Assembly (NCBI GenBank): GCA_964643685.1
Contig: CAZXTN010000001.1
Span: 118,737 to 182,736 of the forward strand
Length of the DNA: 64,000 nt
Direction of reading: 5' to 3'
Source: Candidatus Micrarchaeota archaeon
GTDB taxonomy: Archaea > B1Sed10-29 > JAJRYS01
In this document: one piece after another, positions 21,714 through 31,833 of the stretch
How the letters are laid out: every line of letters begins with the position of its first letter
Position numbering within the stretch: position 1 is the stretch's first letter
Made by a program: the position numbers and the translations under genes
Notes under the pieces: model-generated
What the model saw: the letters and a program-made list of their open reading frames with translations, nothing else
What the model was told of the DNA's origin: nothing
The model's database searches: none

Positions 21714-22343
21714 ATGAGAGAAAGAAGAAGAGTAGAAGAAAAAAAACCAGAATGGGTGCCTAAAACAAAACTTGGAAAAATGGTTCAAAACAACGAAATA
21801 ACAAGCATGGAACAGATATATGAAAAAGGATTGCCAATACTTGAACCTGAAATAGTAGACAAGCTCATACCAGACTTAGAAGAAGAAGTGCTTCAAATAA
21901 AAAGCGTTCAAAGAACAACAGACTCAGGAAGAAAAGCCTCATTCATGGTGACAGTCGCAGTAGGAAACAAAAAAGGATATGTAGGAGTAGGAACAGGAAA
22001 AGGCCTTGAAGTCCGCCCAACAATAGAAAGAGCAGTAAGAAACGCCAAAAAGAACATAATAAGCATTAGAAGAGGATGTGGTTCATGGCAATGCGGATGC
22101 AATGAAGAGCACTCACTGCCACATAAAGTCAAAGGAACATACTCATCAATAAAAGTAGAATTAATGCCAGCTCCAAAAGGAACAGGAATAGTAGCAGGTA
22201 AAAAAGCAGCGCAAATACTAAAACTCGCTGGAATAAAAGACGTCTGGAGCAAGACAAGCGGAAACACAAGGACAACCTTCAACTTCGCAAAAGCAATAAT
22301 AAAAGCATTAAAACAAACAAGAAAAATGAAAGTAAAAGAGTGA
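21714..22343 (+). CDS. rps5: ribosomal protein S5
   Basis: S5/S2e family (dsRBD + S5 C-term). Confidence 0.9.
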   Translation: MRERRRVEEKKPEWVPKTKLGKMVQNNEITSMEQIYEKGLPILEPEIVDKLIPDLEEEVLQIKSVQRTTDSGRKASFMVTVAVGNKKGYVGVGTGKGLEVRPTIERAVRNAKKNIISIRRGCGSWQCGCNEEHSLPHKVKGTYSSIKVELMPAPKGTGIVAGKKAAQILKLAGIKDVWSKTSGNTRTTFNFAKAIIKALKQTRKMKVKE

Positions 22344-22350
22344 AAACAAA

Positions 22351-22794
22351 ATGACAATAGCAATAATAAGACTAAGAGGGAAAGTAGGAGTAAATAAGGG
22401 AATAGAAGACACAATGCAAATGCTAAAACTAAAAGCACCTTACAACTGCGTAATAATACAAGAAAATCCTCAGTACAAAGGAATGCTTCAAAAAATAAAA
22501 GACTACGTGACATTCGGAACAATCACAAAAGAAACATTTGAAAAAATGCTATTCAAATGGGGAAGGGTGGAAGGAGACAAAAAAGTAACCCCAGAATACT
22601 TAAAAGAAAAAAACACAACACTGGAAGAGCTATTCACAGGAAAAAAGAAATTCAAAGAAGTGGGAATAAAACAGCCATTCAGGCTACATCCACCAACAAA
22701 AGGACTTAAATCAATCAAAAGACCATTCACAATGAAAGGAGACCTCGGAAACAGAGGAGATAAAATCAACGAGTTACTTGAAAGAATGATTTAA
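22351..22794 (+). CDS. rpl30: ribosomal protein L30
   Basis: L30/L7e family. Confidence 0.85.
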   Translation: MTIAIIRLRGKVGVNKGIEDTMQMLKLKAPYNCVIIQENPQYKGMLQKIKDYVTFGTITKETFEKMLFKWGRVEGDKKVTPEYLKEKNTTLEELFTGKKKFKEVGIKQPFRLHPPTKGLKSIKRPFTMKGDLGNRGDKINELLERMI

Positions 22795-22810
22795 AGAAAG
22801 TGATTAAAAA

Positions 22811-23245
22811 ATGACAACGAGACACAAAGCCAAAATAAGCAAATTAAGAGGCAAAAGAAGCCACGCAAGAGGAAAAGCAAAAAGAGGAAGAGGACGCGGA
22901 AGCAGAATGGGCAGAGCCTCAGTAAAAAGAAGCCAAAGGAACATACAGCATATCATAAAATATGAGCCTGAAAGATTCCATCAAAAAGGATTCCATTCAC
23001 TAAGCAAAAAACTAAAAACAATAAACGTCACAGACTTAGAAAAAATATCAGAAAAACAAAATAAAACAAGCTTCGCACTAAAAAACATCAAAGTCCTTGG
23101 TAAAGGAAAAATAACAAAAAAATTAAAAGTCACAGCAAGCGCTTTTACAAAAAAAGCAATGGAAAAAATAACCAAGGCAGGAGGACAAGCGATTGTCGCA
23201 AAAGGTGAAAACATTGGACTTGAAAGTACTGAAACCAATAATTAA
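22811..23245 (+). CDS. rpl15: ribosomal protein L15
   Basis: L15/L27Ae family. Confidence 0.9.
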   Translation: MTTRHKAKISKLRGKRSHARGKAKRGRGRGSRMGRASVKRSQRNIQHIIKYEPERFHQKGFHSLSKKLKTINVTDLEKISEKQNKTSFALKNIKVLGKGKITKKLKVTASAFTKKAMEKITKAGGQAIVAKGENIGLESTETNN

Positions 23246-23246
23246 A

Positions 23247-24590
23247 ATGCTACCAGAAGTAACCAGCCCTGAAAAAAAACCAGTACTAAAACAAAGACTA
23301 TACTGGGTCGGCTTTGCATTACTAGTTTTTGCAATTTTAGGTGTAACAAAACCAATAGGAGTCGCAGCAGTTGAACAATCAAACTATTTGCAGCAAATAC
23401 AATTAATAACAGCTTCTAAAATAGGTTCACTTGCAACACTTGGAATAGGACCAATAGTAATGGCATCAATAATACTCCAACTGCTAATGGGAGCCAAAAT
23501 AATAGACATCAACCTGCAAGACAAAGAGCAAAAAAAGTTATACCAAGGACTTCAAAAAATAGCAGGCATACTATTCGCATTCTTTGAAGCAGGAATCTAC
23601 GTAATGAGCGGATTCGTACCAGCACAACCAGGAATAATCAGCACCTTCTTCTTAATATTCCAACTAGCATTCGCAGCAATAATCCTAATGTACTTAGACG
23701 AACTCATATCAAAATACGGAATCGGCTCAGGAATAGGGTTATTCATAGCAGCAGGAGTTTCATTTACAATAATATGGAGAGCGCTATCATGGGTAAAAGC
23801 ACCAGGAACAATGACATACATAGGACTCATACCACAGTTATTCCAAGGGATAATGACAGGGAACATACCAGAAACAGCAATATTCCCATTAATATCAACA
23901 GTAATAGTCTTCCTAGCAGTAGTCTTCGCCGAATCCATGAAAATAGAAATACCTCTAACTTTCGGAAGAATAAAGGGATACGGAGCAAAATACCCACTTA
24001 AATTCTTATACGTTTCAAATATACCCGTCATATTCGCAGCAGCACTCCTATCAAACATACAGCTAATAGGAATAACACTACAAGGATTCGGATTCCCAAT
24101 ACTAGGACAATTCGTAAACAACAGACCAGTCAGCGGAATAGCATACTACCTAAAAGCACCATACGGAGCATTAGCAAACCCAGCGCAGATAGCAATCACA
24201 CTAAGCTCAACACAAACAATACTAAACATAATAGTTTACGCAATAGTATTAACAGTACTTTGCGTCATATTCGGAAAATTCTGGATAGAAATAAGCGGAA
24301 TGAGCTCAAAAGAAGTAGCACAACAACTCCAGCAAGTAGGATTACACGTACCAGGATTCAGAAGAGACCCAAGAGTAATAGAAAGCGTACTAGACAGATA
24401 CATCCCAATAATAACAGTAGTTGGATCAGCAGCAGTAGGACTACTTGCCATATTCGCAGACCTCACAGGAGCACTTGGAACAGGTACAGGAATCCTCCTA
24501 ACAGTAGGAATACTCTATAAGATGTACGAAGAACTCGCAGCACAACAAGCAGCAGAACTAATGCCAATGCTAAAAGGGTTAATAGGATAA
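23247..24590 (+). CDS. secY: preprotein translocase subunit SecY
   Basis: 10-TM SecY/Sec61alpha; ATG 23247 follows rpl15 stop by 1 nt (ORF track start 23193 overlaps rpl15). Confidence 0.9.
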   Translation: MLPEVTSPEKKPVLKQRLYWVGFALLVFAILGVTKPIGVAAVEQSNYLQQIQLITASKIGSLATLGIGPIVMASIILQLLMGAKIIDINLQDKEQKKLYQGLQKIAGILFAFFEAGIYVMSGFVPAQPGIISTFFLIFQLAFAAIILMYLDELISKYGIGSGIGLFIAAGVSFTIIWRALSWVKAPGTMTYIGLIPQLFQGIMTGNIPETAIFPLISTVIVFLAVVFAESMKIEIPLTFGRIKGYGAKYPLKFLYVSNIPVIFAAALLSNIQLIGITLQGFGFPILGQFVNNRPVSGIAYYLKAPYGALANPAQIAITLSSTQTILNIIVYAIVLTVLCVIFGKFWIEISGMSSKEVAQQLQQVGLHVPGFRRDPRVIESVLDRYIPIITVVGSAAVGLLAIFADLTGALGTGTGILLTVGILYKMYEELAAQQAAELMPMLKGLIG

Positions 24591-24591
24591 A

Positions 24592-25077
24592 GTGAAAAAT
24601 AAAATGGCAATAATAGAACTAACAGCATCAGGAACAGAAGTAACATTAATAGCAATAGCAATAACTTTGCTAACATTCACAGCAAACAAAATATTTATCA
24701 ACCAAGATGAATTTGAAAAAGTGCAAAAAAGAACAAAAGAAATAAACAAAAACATGAAAAAACACGCAAAAACAACAGACGAAAACATAATGAAAAAAAT
24801 AGAAGAAGAACAAAAAGAGCTAATGGAATTAATGAGCAAACAATTCAAAATGAGCATAAAACCAATGATAGTGACATTAATCCCAATAATGATAATATTT
24901 ACAGCAATAAAAGCAAAATATGACAAATCAGGAACAATAGCAACACTCCTTGGAATAAACCTCACATGGTTCTGGTGGTACTTTGTAGTTGTAATCATAA
25001 CAAGCTCAATACTTAACAAAGCATACACAGCAATAAGACAATACAAAAAAACAAAGAAAGCAAAGGAGGGAAAATAA
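24592..25077 (+). CDS. DUF106-family membrane protein (archaeal Oxa1/YidC/EMC3-like)
   Basis: 3 TM segments with coiled-coil between TM1 and TM2; conserved position after secY. Confidence 0.5.
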   Translation: MKNKMAIIELTASGTEVTLIAIAITLLTFTANKIFINQDEFEKVQKRTKEINKNMKKHAKTTDENIMKKIEEEQKELMELMSKQFKMSIKPMIVTLIPIMIIFTAIKAKYDKSGTIATLLGINLTWFWWYFVVVIITSSILNKAYTAIRQYKKTKKAKEGK

Positions 25078-25078
25078 A

Positions 25079-25402
25079 ATGCCAAGACCAAGCGAAAGAA
25101 CAACAAAAAGAAGAAAAATATACAAAAAGACACCAAAAGGAACAGTAAAAAAAATAGTCAAAAGAAGAACAACAACAAAAGCAAAATGCGCAATCTGCGG
25201 AAAAACACTACAAGGAGTAAAAACAACAAAAGGACTTGCAAAAACAAAAAAACGCCCAGGCAGAAAATACTCAGGACACTTATGCTCAACATGCACACAA
25301 AAAATCATAAAACTACAAACAAGAATAAACGAAGGAAAAATGTACAAAAAAGACGCTGACATAAAATACCAAAAATATCTAACAGGCAAACAAAAACAAT
25401 AA
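25079..25402 (+). CDS. rpl34e: ribosomal protein L34e
   Basis: L34e zinc ribbon CAICGK...CSTC. Confidence 0.85.
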   Translation: MPRPSERTTKRRKIYKKTPKGTVKKIVKRRTTTKAKCAICGKTLQGVKTTKGLAKTKKRPGRKYSGHLCSTCTQKIIKLQTRINEGKMYKKDADIKYQKYLTGKQKQ

Positions 25403-25416
25403 AAAAAGATGAAAAA

Positions 25417-25977
25417 ATGCAAGTAACAATAGCAGGAGAACCAGGAGCAGGAAGCACAACAATAGCAAAAAAACTCGCAAAAAAAACAGGATACAAATTA
25501 ATAACAACCGGAGAAATAGTAAAACAAATAGCAAAAAAACAAAACAAGACAATAGAACAACTCTGGCAAGAACAAGACAAAAACCCAAAAAAAGAAAAAC
25601 AATTCAACAACAAAATAAACAAACAGCAAAAAGAACAAGCAAAAAAATACAAAAACGTGATAATAAACGGAAAACTAAGCGCATACAACAACCCAAAAGC
25701 AGAACTCAAAATACTCCTAACAGCAGACATAAAAACAAGAGCAAAAAGAACAGCAAAAAGAGACAAAAGAACAATAAAAAAACAACAACAAGAACTTGAA
25801 AAAAGAGAAAAAGAAGAAAGAACAAACTGGAAAAAAATGTACAAATTCGACTACGTAAAAGACAAAAACAAATACGACATGATAATAGACACAACAAACC
25901 TAACGCCGATAAAAATAACAAACGCAATAATAAAAGAAATAAAAAACATACAAGAACAAGCAAAAAGGAGGAAATAG
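25417..25977 (+). CDS. cmk: cytidylate kinase (archaeal type) with K/Q-rich insertion
   Basis: P-loop IAGEPGAGSTT; conserved position between L34e and L14e. Confidence 0.8.
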   Translation: MQVTIAGEPGAGSTTIAKKLAKKTGYKLITTGEIVKQIAKKQNKTIEQLWQEQDKNPKKEKQFNNKINKQQKEQAKKYKNVIINGKLSAYNNPKAELKILLTADIKTRAKRTAKRDKRTIKKQQQELEKREKEERTNWKKMYKFDYVKDKNKYDMIIDTTNLTPIKITNAIIKEIKNIQEQAKRRK

Positions 25978-25979
25978 AA

Positions 25980-26246
25980 ATGGCAATCATAGAAAAAGGA
26001 AGAATCTGCATAATAACAAAAGGAGCAGACACAGGCAAAGAAGCAGTAATCAAAGAAGTAATAGACAAGAACTTCGTAATAATCATAGGAGAGAAAGTAA
26101 AAGAAAGACGCTCAAACATCAAGCACTTGGAACCAACAGACAGGACAACAAATACAATGCCAACACCAAAAACAAAACCAGCAAAAGAAAAAAAGCCGCA
26201 GCAAACAAAAAAAGCAGCACCTAAAAAGGAAGAAAAGAAAAAATAA
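25980..26246 (+). CDS. rpl14e: ribosomal protein L14e
   Basis: KOW-like L14e family. Confidence 0.85.
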   Translation: MAIIEKGRICIITKGADTGKEAVIKEVIDKNFVIIIGEKVKERRSNIKHLEPTDRTTNTMPTPKTKPAKEKKPQQTKKAAPKKEEKKK

Positions 26247-26287
26247 AAACCCAACAGCTACTTCTCTTTTTTCCAAGTGAATAAAAA

Positions 26288-27118
26288 ATGAAAGGAATAA
26301 TAATCCTAGACAAGCCGAAAGGCATGACAAGCAACCAAACAAGTCTAGCAGTAAAGCAAATTCTAAACGAAAAAACAGCACACGTAGGAACACTAGACCC
26401 AAACGTAACAGGCATCCTGCCAATACTAGTAGGAAAAGCAATCAAACTGCAGGAATTTCTACAAGCACATGACAAAGAATACGTATGCATAATGAAAACA
26501 AAAGAAAAAATTCCAGAAGAGGAGATAAAAAAAACATTCGAAGAATTCACTGGAAAAATTTACCAAAAACCACCTGAAATAAGCGCAGTAGCAAAAAAAA
26601 CAAGAGTAAGGAAAATTTACTCACTTGAATTACTGGAAACAAAAGACAACTTCATCTTATTCAAAACCTTCTGCCAGCACGGCACATACATAAGAAAATT
26701 AATCGAAGACTTTGGATTAATCTGGGGAACAGAAACAGAAATGATAGAACTCAGAAGAACAAACGCAGGAGGATTCACAGAACAAGAAGCAGTAACTTTG
26801 CAGGAAGTCTTAGATGCTGTCAAATTAAAAGAAAAAAAACCAGAACTATTAAACAAAATAATCAAGCCAGTTGAATACGCAGTTAAAAGAATGCCCAAGG
26901 CAATAGTTAAAAACACAGCAGTTAAAAACATCCAAAACGGGGCGCCAGTATACTCAGCAGGAATAATCGAATTAAAAGGAGACGTAAAACACGACAAGCC
27001 AGTGGCAATCTTAACGCAGGAAGGAAAGTTAATAGCAGTTGGAATAAGCTTGTACGATAAGCCAGAGACAAGGAAACATAAAAAAGCAATAAAAACAAAA
27101 AAAGTAATGAGAATATGA
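26288..27118 (+). CDS. cbf5: tRNA/rRNA pseudouridine synthase Cbf5 (TruB family)
   Basis: TruB motif GTLDPNVTGILPI; PUA-like C-terminus. Confidence 0.85.
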   Translation: MKGIIILDKPKGMTSNQTSLAVKQILNEKTAHVGTLDPNVTGILPILVGKAIKLQEFLQAHDKEYVCIMKTKEKIPEEEIKKTFEEFTGKIYQKPPEISAVAKKTRVRKIYSLELLETKDNFILFKTFCQHGTYIRKLIEDFGLIWGTETEMIELRRTNAGGFTEQEAVTLQEVLDAVKLKEKKPELLNKIIKPVEYAVKRMPKAIVKNTAVKNIQNGAPVYSAGIIELKGDVKHDKPVAILTQEGKLIAVGISLYDKPETRKHKKAIKTKKVMRI

Positions 27119-27223
27119 GATATGACTACTATGATAAATTCATTGACAAAAAAACAATAGGGATAAGAGACATAACTCCCATATTTTACAAAAAAAAAGG
27201 CATTCAACCAACTAATCAAAGAC

Positions 27224-27670
27224 ATGTCAAAACCATTTAAAAAACAAAAAATAGATAAAATAGCAGCTATTGACGCAATGGGATTTATACTCGGCTCAGC
27301 AATGGCTCTAGAATTAAAAACAGGATTTGTGCCAATAAGAAAAGAAGAAAGATTACCTGGAATGAAAAAAATAAGCACTTCATTCATAGATTTCAGCAAG
27401 AAGAAAAAAGCACTTGAAATAAACCAAGCATCAATTAAAAAAAATGAAAAAATATTAATAGTAGATGACTGGATGGAAACAGGCTCACAAATAAGAGCAG
27501 CAATCAAGCTAATTCAAAAACAAAAAGGAAAAGTAATAGGCATAAGCCTCTTTGCAGCAGAAAAAAAAGAAGAAACAAAAGAACTGTTTGACAAATACAA
27601 AATAAAAGCAGTAGGAGTATTTGAAGGAGAAGAACTTGAAAGAATAAAAAAACAAATAAAAAGGTATTAA
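27224..27670 (+). CDS. apt: adenine/purine phosphoribosyltransferase-like protein (main ORF; N-terminal hood encoded upstream in +... shifted frame 27115-27198)
   Basis: PRT type I fold: IDAMGFILGSAMALELKTGFVPIRK, VDDWMETGSQ PRPP-binding loop. Confidence 0.75.
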   Translation: MSKPFKKQKIDKIAAIDAMGFILGSAMALELKTGFVPIRKEERLPGMKKISTSFIDFSKKKKALEINQASIKKNEKILIVDDWMETGSQIRAAIKLIQKQKGKVIGISLFAAEKKEETKELFDKYKIKAVGVFEGEELERIKKQIKRY

Positions 27671-27697
27671 GGAGTATAATAACTATAAAAAATAAAA

Positions 27698-27891
27698 GCG
27701 GTGGTCGCATAGTCCCTCGTAAAAACGAAGTTTTTTCGTTGGGTGCAATGGCTATTGCGCCAGCCTGGAAACAACCCATAAAAATACAAAAAGGTTGACT
27801 GCAAGCTGGTGTCCTCCGGGGCACGCGAGTTCAAGTTTGCGACAAGGTTCCCTCGTCGAACTTTTCGCAAGCGAAAATCTCGCCCACCGCG
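27698..27891 (+). tRNA. tRNA-Ser (anticodon GGA) with three introns: D-loop (~27714-27748), canonical 37/38 (27771-27803), T-loop 59/60 (27835-27876); CCA not encoded
   Basis: Acceptor GCGGTGG/CCACCGC+G, anticodon stem CCAGC/GCTGG with loop CTGGAA|A, variable arm TGTCCTCCGGGGCAC (near-identical to tRNA-Ser(TGA)), T-stem GCGAG/CTCGC with spliced T-loop TTCAAAT. Confidence 0.65.
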
Positions 27892-27912
27892 CTTTAGAAA
27901 GATAAATCAAAA

Positions 27913-27924
27913 CGTTTATAAATG
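27913..27924 (+). promoter_or_regulatory. BRE/TATA-like box CGTTTATAAATG upstream of the S13-S4-S11-rpoD operon
   Basis: Shared TTTATAAA motif. Confidence 0.4.
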
Positions 27925-28045
27925 AATTGAATTACAAATAATACACTTAAAAATTCTTTTTAAAAAAAGTCGGCGAGCTCCTTAAAAGCGATGACCTACT
28001 GGAAACAAAACTAATTCAAAAAAAAATTGGAAAAAAAGATGCAAG

Positions 28046-28627
28046 ATGGCTAAAGTTAAAGAAGTTAAAAAAGAAAAACCTAAGCAGGAAAAGCAGAAAA
28101 AGAAAATTGTCCAGGAAAATTCAGAATTTAAAGGAAGGTTAAGGATAGCTGGAAAAGAAGTAAAAGGGCAGTATTCTATTAAAAAAGCAATTAGTCAAAT
28201 AAGAGGAATTGGAACTAATTTAGCTGACACTCTTGAAAAAATTATAATTAAAAAATTAAACCTTAAAGAAAATGAAAAAATAGGAAACTTGACAGATGAG
28301 CAGTTAGATGAACTTGAAAAAATAATAGCAAATCCGAAAGAAAACGGAGTACCTGCTTGGATGTTGAACAGAAAAAAAGACCCTGAAACAGGAGAAGATA
28401 AGCATTTAATATCATCAGATCTTGACTTCCAGAAAAAACAAGACATAAAAGGATTAATTAAAATAAAGGCATACCGCGGAGTAAGGCACATGTATGGATT
28501 GACATCAAGAGGACAGAGGACAAAAACAAGCGGAAGAAAAGGATTAACTCTTGGAGTACAGAGGAAGAAAAACAAGCCTGCTCAGAAGAAGAAATCAAGC
28601 GGGCAATCAAGTGGAAAAAAGAAATAA
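28046..28627 (+). CDS. rps13: ribosomal protein S13 (with ~25-aa K-rich N-terminal extension)
   Basis: S13/S18e core (IRGIGTNLADTL). Confidence 0.9.
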   Translation: MAKVKEVKKEKPKQEKQKKKIVQENSEFKGRLRIAGKEVKGQYSIKKAISQIRGIGTNLADTLEKIIIKKLNLKENEKIGNLTDEQLDELEKIIANPKENGVPAWMLNRKKDPETGEDKHLISSDLDFQKKQDIKGLIKIKAYRGVRHMYGLTSRGQRTKTSGRKGLTLGVQRKKNKPAQKKKSSGQSSGKKK

Positions 28628-28640
28628 AAAAAGTGATTAA

Positions 28641-29408
28641 ATGGGTTCGCCAAGAAAACTAAGGAAAAAATACAACACCCCCTCACATCCATGGGAAAAA
28701 GAAAGAATAAAAGAAGAAAACAGGTTCCTTAAAGAATATGGGTTGAAAAACAAAAGAGAAATTTGGAAAGCAAAAACCATGCTTAAAAAGTACAGGCAAC
28801 AAGCAAGAGAATTAGTAGGTTTGTCAGGAGAAGAGAGAAAAGAAGCTGAACAAATACTTGTGTCAAAACTTCAAAGATTAGGTTTACTGCAAAAAGAAGC
28901 AGGATTAGATGAAATTTTATCCTTAAAAGTAGAAGACTTGCTATCAAGAAGACTACAGACAATTGTATGGAAAAAAGGATTGGCATTAAGCCCAAAGCAA
29001 GCAAGACAATTCATAACACACGGTCATATCTCATTAAATGGAAGAAAAGTAACAGCACCTGGAATGATGATAAAAGTAGAAGAAGAAAAAGAAATTGACT
29101 GGTATGGCAAACCAATTGAATTGCAGTACCCTAAAAAAGACACTACTCTTGAAGTAATTGAAAAAGAAGCAAAAAAAGACAAGGAAACGACAAAATTAGA
29201 AGAAAAAGCAGCTGAAGAAATAATTGAAGAAGAGCAAGCAAAAGAGGAGAAACAAGAGAAAGAGGAAGAAAAAGAAGCAGCTGAAACAGCAGAAGAAATT
29301 CAAGAAGAAAAAGAAAAAACAATAAAAGAAATAGCAGAAGAAGCAAAACCAACACCAGAAGAAAAACAAGCAGCAGAAGAGGTAAAAAAAGAAGCAGAAA
29401 GTGAATGA
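28641..29408 (+). CDS. rps4: ribosomal protein S4 with E/K-rich C-terminal tail
   Basis: S4/S9e core plus ~90 aa acidic tail containing [11 protein letters not shown] module shared with S3. Confidence 0.9.
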   Translation: MGSPRKLRKKYNTPSHPWEKERIKEENRFLKEYGLKNKREIWKAKTMLKKYRQQARELVGLSGEERKEAEQILVSKLQRLGLLQKEAGLDEILSLKVEDLLSRRLQTIVWKKGLALSPKQARQFITHGHISLNGRKVTAPGMMIKVEEEKEIDWYGKPIELQYPKKDTTLEVIEKEAKKDKETTKLEEKAAEEIIEEEQAKEEKQEKEEEKEAAETAEEIQEEKEKTIKEIAEEAKPTPEEKQAAEEVKKEAESE

Positions 29409-29806
29409 TTATGGCAGCTAAAAAAGACATTTGGGCAGTAGCACATATTTACTCATCAAAAAACAATACAATAATAACAATAACAGACTTGACGGGAGCA
29501 GAAACAATAGCAAAATGCTCAGGTGGAATGGTTACTGACTCTCAGAGAAAAGAAGGAGCAGCTTCAACAGCAATGGTAGCAGCTCAAAAAGTAGCAGAAG
29601 TATGCAAAAACAGAAACATTTACGGATTACATATTCAAGTAAGAGCCCCAGGCGGACACAAGTCAAAAATGCCAGGACAAGGAGCACAAGCAACAATAAG
29701 AGCCCTTGCAAGAAGCGGAATAAGAATAGGCAGAATAGAAGACGTGACCCCAATCCCACATGACACGACACAAAAACCAGGTGGAAAAAGAGGAAGAAGA
29801 GTATGA
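29405..29806 (+). CDS. rps11: ribosomal protein S11
   Basis: S11/S14e family. Confidence 0.9.
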   Translation: MIMAAKKDIWAVAHIYSSKNNTIITITDLTGAETIAKCSGGMVTDSQRKEGAASTAMVAAQKVAEVCKNRNIYGLHIQVRAPGGHKSKMPGQGAQATIRALARSGIRIGRIEDVTPIPHDTTQKPGGKRGRRV

Positions 29807-30396
29807 GCATGAAAATTGAAAACATAAAAGAAAAAGGAGACAAGATCACATTTACTTTAAAAGGACCTGTTGAATTAGCAAACGCAATAAGAAGAACAGC
29901 AATGGCAGAAGTTCCAACAATGGCAATAGATGAAATAGACGTGTATGAAAATACTTCAAGCTTGTTTGATGAATTCATCGCCCACAGGCTAGGAATGATC
30001 CCATTAACAACTGACCTTAAAACATACGACATAAACAGCAAGTCAGAAAACAAAAAATCAGTCATAATAAGTTTAGACATTCAAGGGCCAGGAGTGTTTT
30101 ACTCAAAAGAACTTAAATCAAAAGACCCTGCAGTAAAACCAGTCTACGACACAATCCCAATAATAGAATTAGCAGAAGGGCAAGCCCTTAGAATAGAAGC
30201 AAAAGCAAGACTAGGCAGAGCAAAAGAACATGCCAAGTTCCAATCATGCCTATGCTACTACAAGGAAAAAAAGCCAGATGAAGAATACCAAGTAACAATA
30301 GAAAGCTACGGAAACCACAAGCCTAAAACAGTGCTCGAAGAAACAATAAAAATACTGAAAAGCAAAGCAGAAGAACTTGAAAAGCAACTAAAATAA
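29803..30396 (+). CDS. rpoD: DNA-directed RNA polymerase subunit D
   Basis: Rpb3/RpoD family; conserved position after S11. Confidence 0.85.
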   Translation: MSMKIENIKEKGDKITFTLKGPVELANAIRRTAMAEVPTMAIDEIDVYENTSSLFDEFIAHRLGMIPLTTDLKTYDINSKSENKKSVIISLDIQGPGVFYSKELKSKDPAVKPVYDTIPIIELAEGQALRIEAKARLGRAKEHAKFQSCLCYYKEKKPDEEYQVTIESYGNHKPKTVLEETIKILKSKAEELEKQLK

Positions 30397-30415
30397 CAAA
30401 AGGTGCTAAGTTAAA

Positions 30416-30751
30416 ATGAAAAAAGGAACAACTAACCCGGAATTAAAAAAACTCATAATTACCTTGAAAAAAACAAAAAAACCAGCATTCATAAAAATAG
30501 CTGAAATGCTGGAAAAGCCAAACAGAAAAAGGCCAGAAGTCAATTTATGGAAAATAAACAAACACGCAAAAGAAGGAGAATTAATAATAGTGCCAGGAAA
30601 AGTACTTGCTCACGGTGAACTTACAAAAAAATTAACAATAGCTTCATTCAACGCATCAAAAAAAGCAATTGAAAAAATAAACAAAACAGGCAAATACATC
30701 AAAATACAAGATGCATTAAAAGAAAAAGCGAGAATAAGAATAATGGGATGA
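30416..30751 (+). CDS. rpl18e: ribosomal protein L18e
   Basis: L18e family. Confidence 0.8.
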   Translation: MKKGTTNPELKKLIITLKKTKKPAFIKIAEMLEKPNRKRPEVNLWKINKHAKEGELIIVPGKVLAHGELTKKLTIASFNASKKAIEKINKTGKYIKIQDALKEKARIRIMG

Positions 30752-30758
30752 ACAAAAA

Positions 30759-31181
30759 ATGATAATCATAGACGGCGAAAACAGCATAATGGGAAGACTC
30801 GGAGCAAAAGTAGCAAAAGAACTCCTAAAAGGAGAAGAAGTCAGAATAATAAACGCTGAAAAAATAATCATAACAGGAAACCCAAAAAACACCGTGGAAA
30901 AATACATGCAAAGAAGAAACTTAAGAGACCCAGCAAAACCAGAAAAAAGCAGGAAAACACCAAGACGCCCTGACTTATTCGTAAAAAGAATAATAAGAGG
31001 AATGCTTCCATACAAGTCAAAAAAAGGACAAGAAGCATACAGAAGACTCCTAGTGCACATTGGAACGCCAAAAGAATATGAAGGAAAAGCAGTCAGAATA
31101 GCAGAGTCAAAATCAAACACAAGCGATTACAAATACATTACAATTGAAAAACTATGCAAAGAACTAGGATGGAAAGGATGA
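30759..31181 (+). CDS. rpl13: ribosomal protein L13
   Basis: L13/L13Ae family. Confidence 0.9.
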   Translation: MIIIDGENSIMGRLGAKVAKELLKGEEVRIINAEKIIITGNPKNTVEKYMQRRNLRDPAKPEKSRKTPRRPDLFVKRIIRGMLPYKSKKGQEAYRRLLVHIGTPKEYEGKAVRIAESKSNTSDYKYITIEKLCKELGWKG

Positions 31182-31618
31182 GAAAAATGGCAGTAAAGAA
31201 AAAAGAAAAGATAGTAGTTACAAAAGGAAAAAAGAAAAAAGCAGTAGCAAGAGTAAGAATAAGAGAAGGCAAAGGAGCAATAAGAATAAACAGGAAGCTA
31301 ATAGACTCAATTGAAGAAAATTACTCAAAAGAAGTCATACTTGAACCAATAAAAATAGCAGAAGAAGTGCTTGGAAACAACTTCTACGAAAAACTAGACA
31401 TAAGCATAAACGCGCAAGGAGGAGGAATAATGGGCCAAGCACACGCAGCAAGAACAGCCCTAGGAAAAGCGCTTATAGAATGGACAGGAAATGAAAAACT
31501 AAAAGAAAAATACTTAGAATATGACCGTTCACTTGTAATAGATGACATAAGACAGAAAGAACCTAAGAAGTACTTAAGAAAAGGAGCAAGAGCAAAACCA
31601 ATCAAATCATACAGGTAA
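31178..31618 (+). CDS. rps9: ribosomal protein S9
   Basis: S9/S16e family; ATG 31178 overlaps rpl13 stop (ATGA). Confidence 0.85.
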   Translation: MRKMAVKKKEKIVVTKGKKKKAVARVRIREGKGAIRINRKLIDSIEENYSKEVILEPIKIAEEVLGNNFYEKLDISINAQGGGIMGQAHAARTALGKALIEWTGNEKLKEKYLEYDRSLVIDDIRQKEPKKYLRKGARAKPIKSYR

Positions 31619-31631
31619 AGAGGTAAAAAAG

Positions 31632-31826
31632 ATGATAATACCAGTAAGATGCTTTTCATGCGGAAAGCCAATAGCACAACATTGGGATGAATACCAGAAA
31701 AAAATAGCTGAAGGCCAAACACCTGAAACAGCACTAAATGACCTGGGAATTGAAAGATACTGCTGCAGAAGAATGTTCCTCTCACACAAGGATTACCTGA
31801 AAGAAATAATCAAATACAAAAAATAA
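31632..31826 (+). CDS. rpoN: DNA-directed RNA polymerase subunit N (Rpb10)
   Basis: MIIPVRCFSCGK...CCRRM zinc motif. Confidence 0.9.
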   Translation: MIIPVRCFSCGKPIAQHWDEYQKKIAEGQTPETALNDLGIERYCCRRMFLSHKDYLKEIIKYKK

Positions 31827-31833
31827 AAAAAGA

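Noticed and set aside
27122-27160. ATG 27122 (MTTMINSLTKKQ*) as the start of the APRT-like gene
   Set aside because: That frame carries three stop codons before 27224; the conserved hood residues are in the other frame, starting at ATG 27115.
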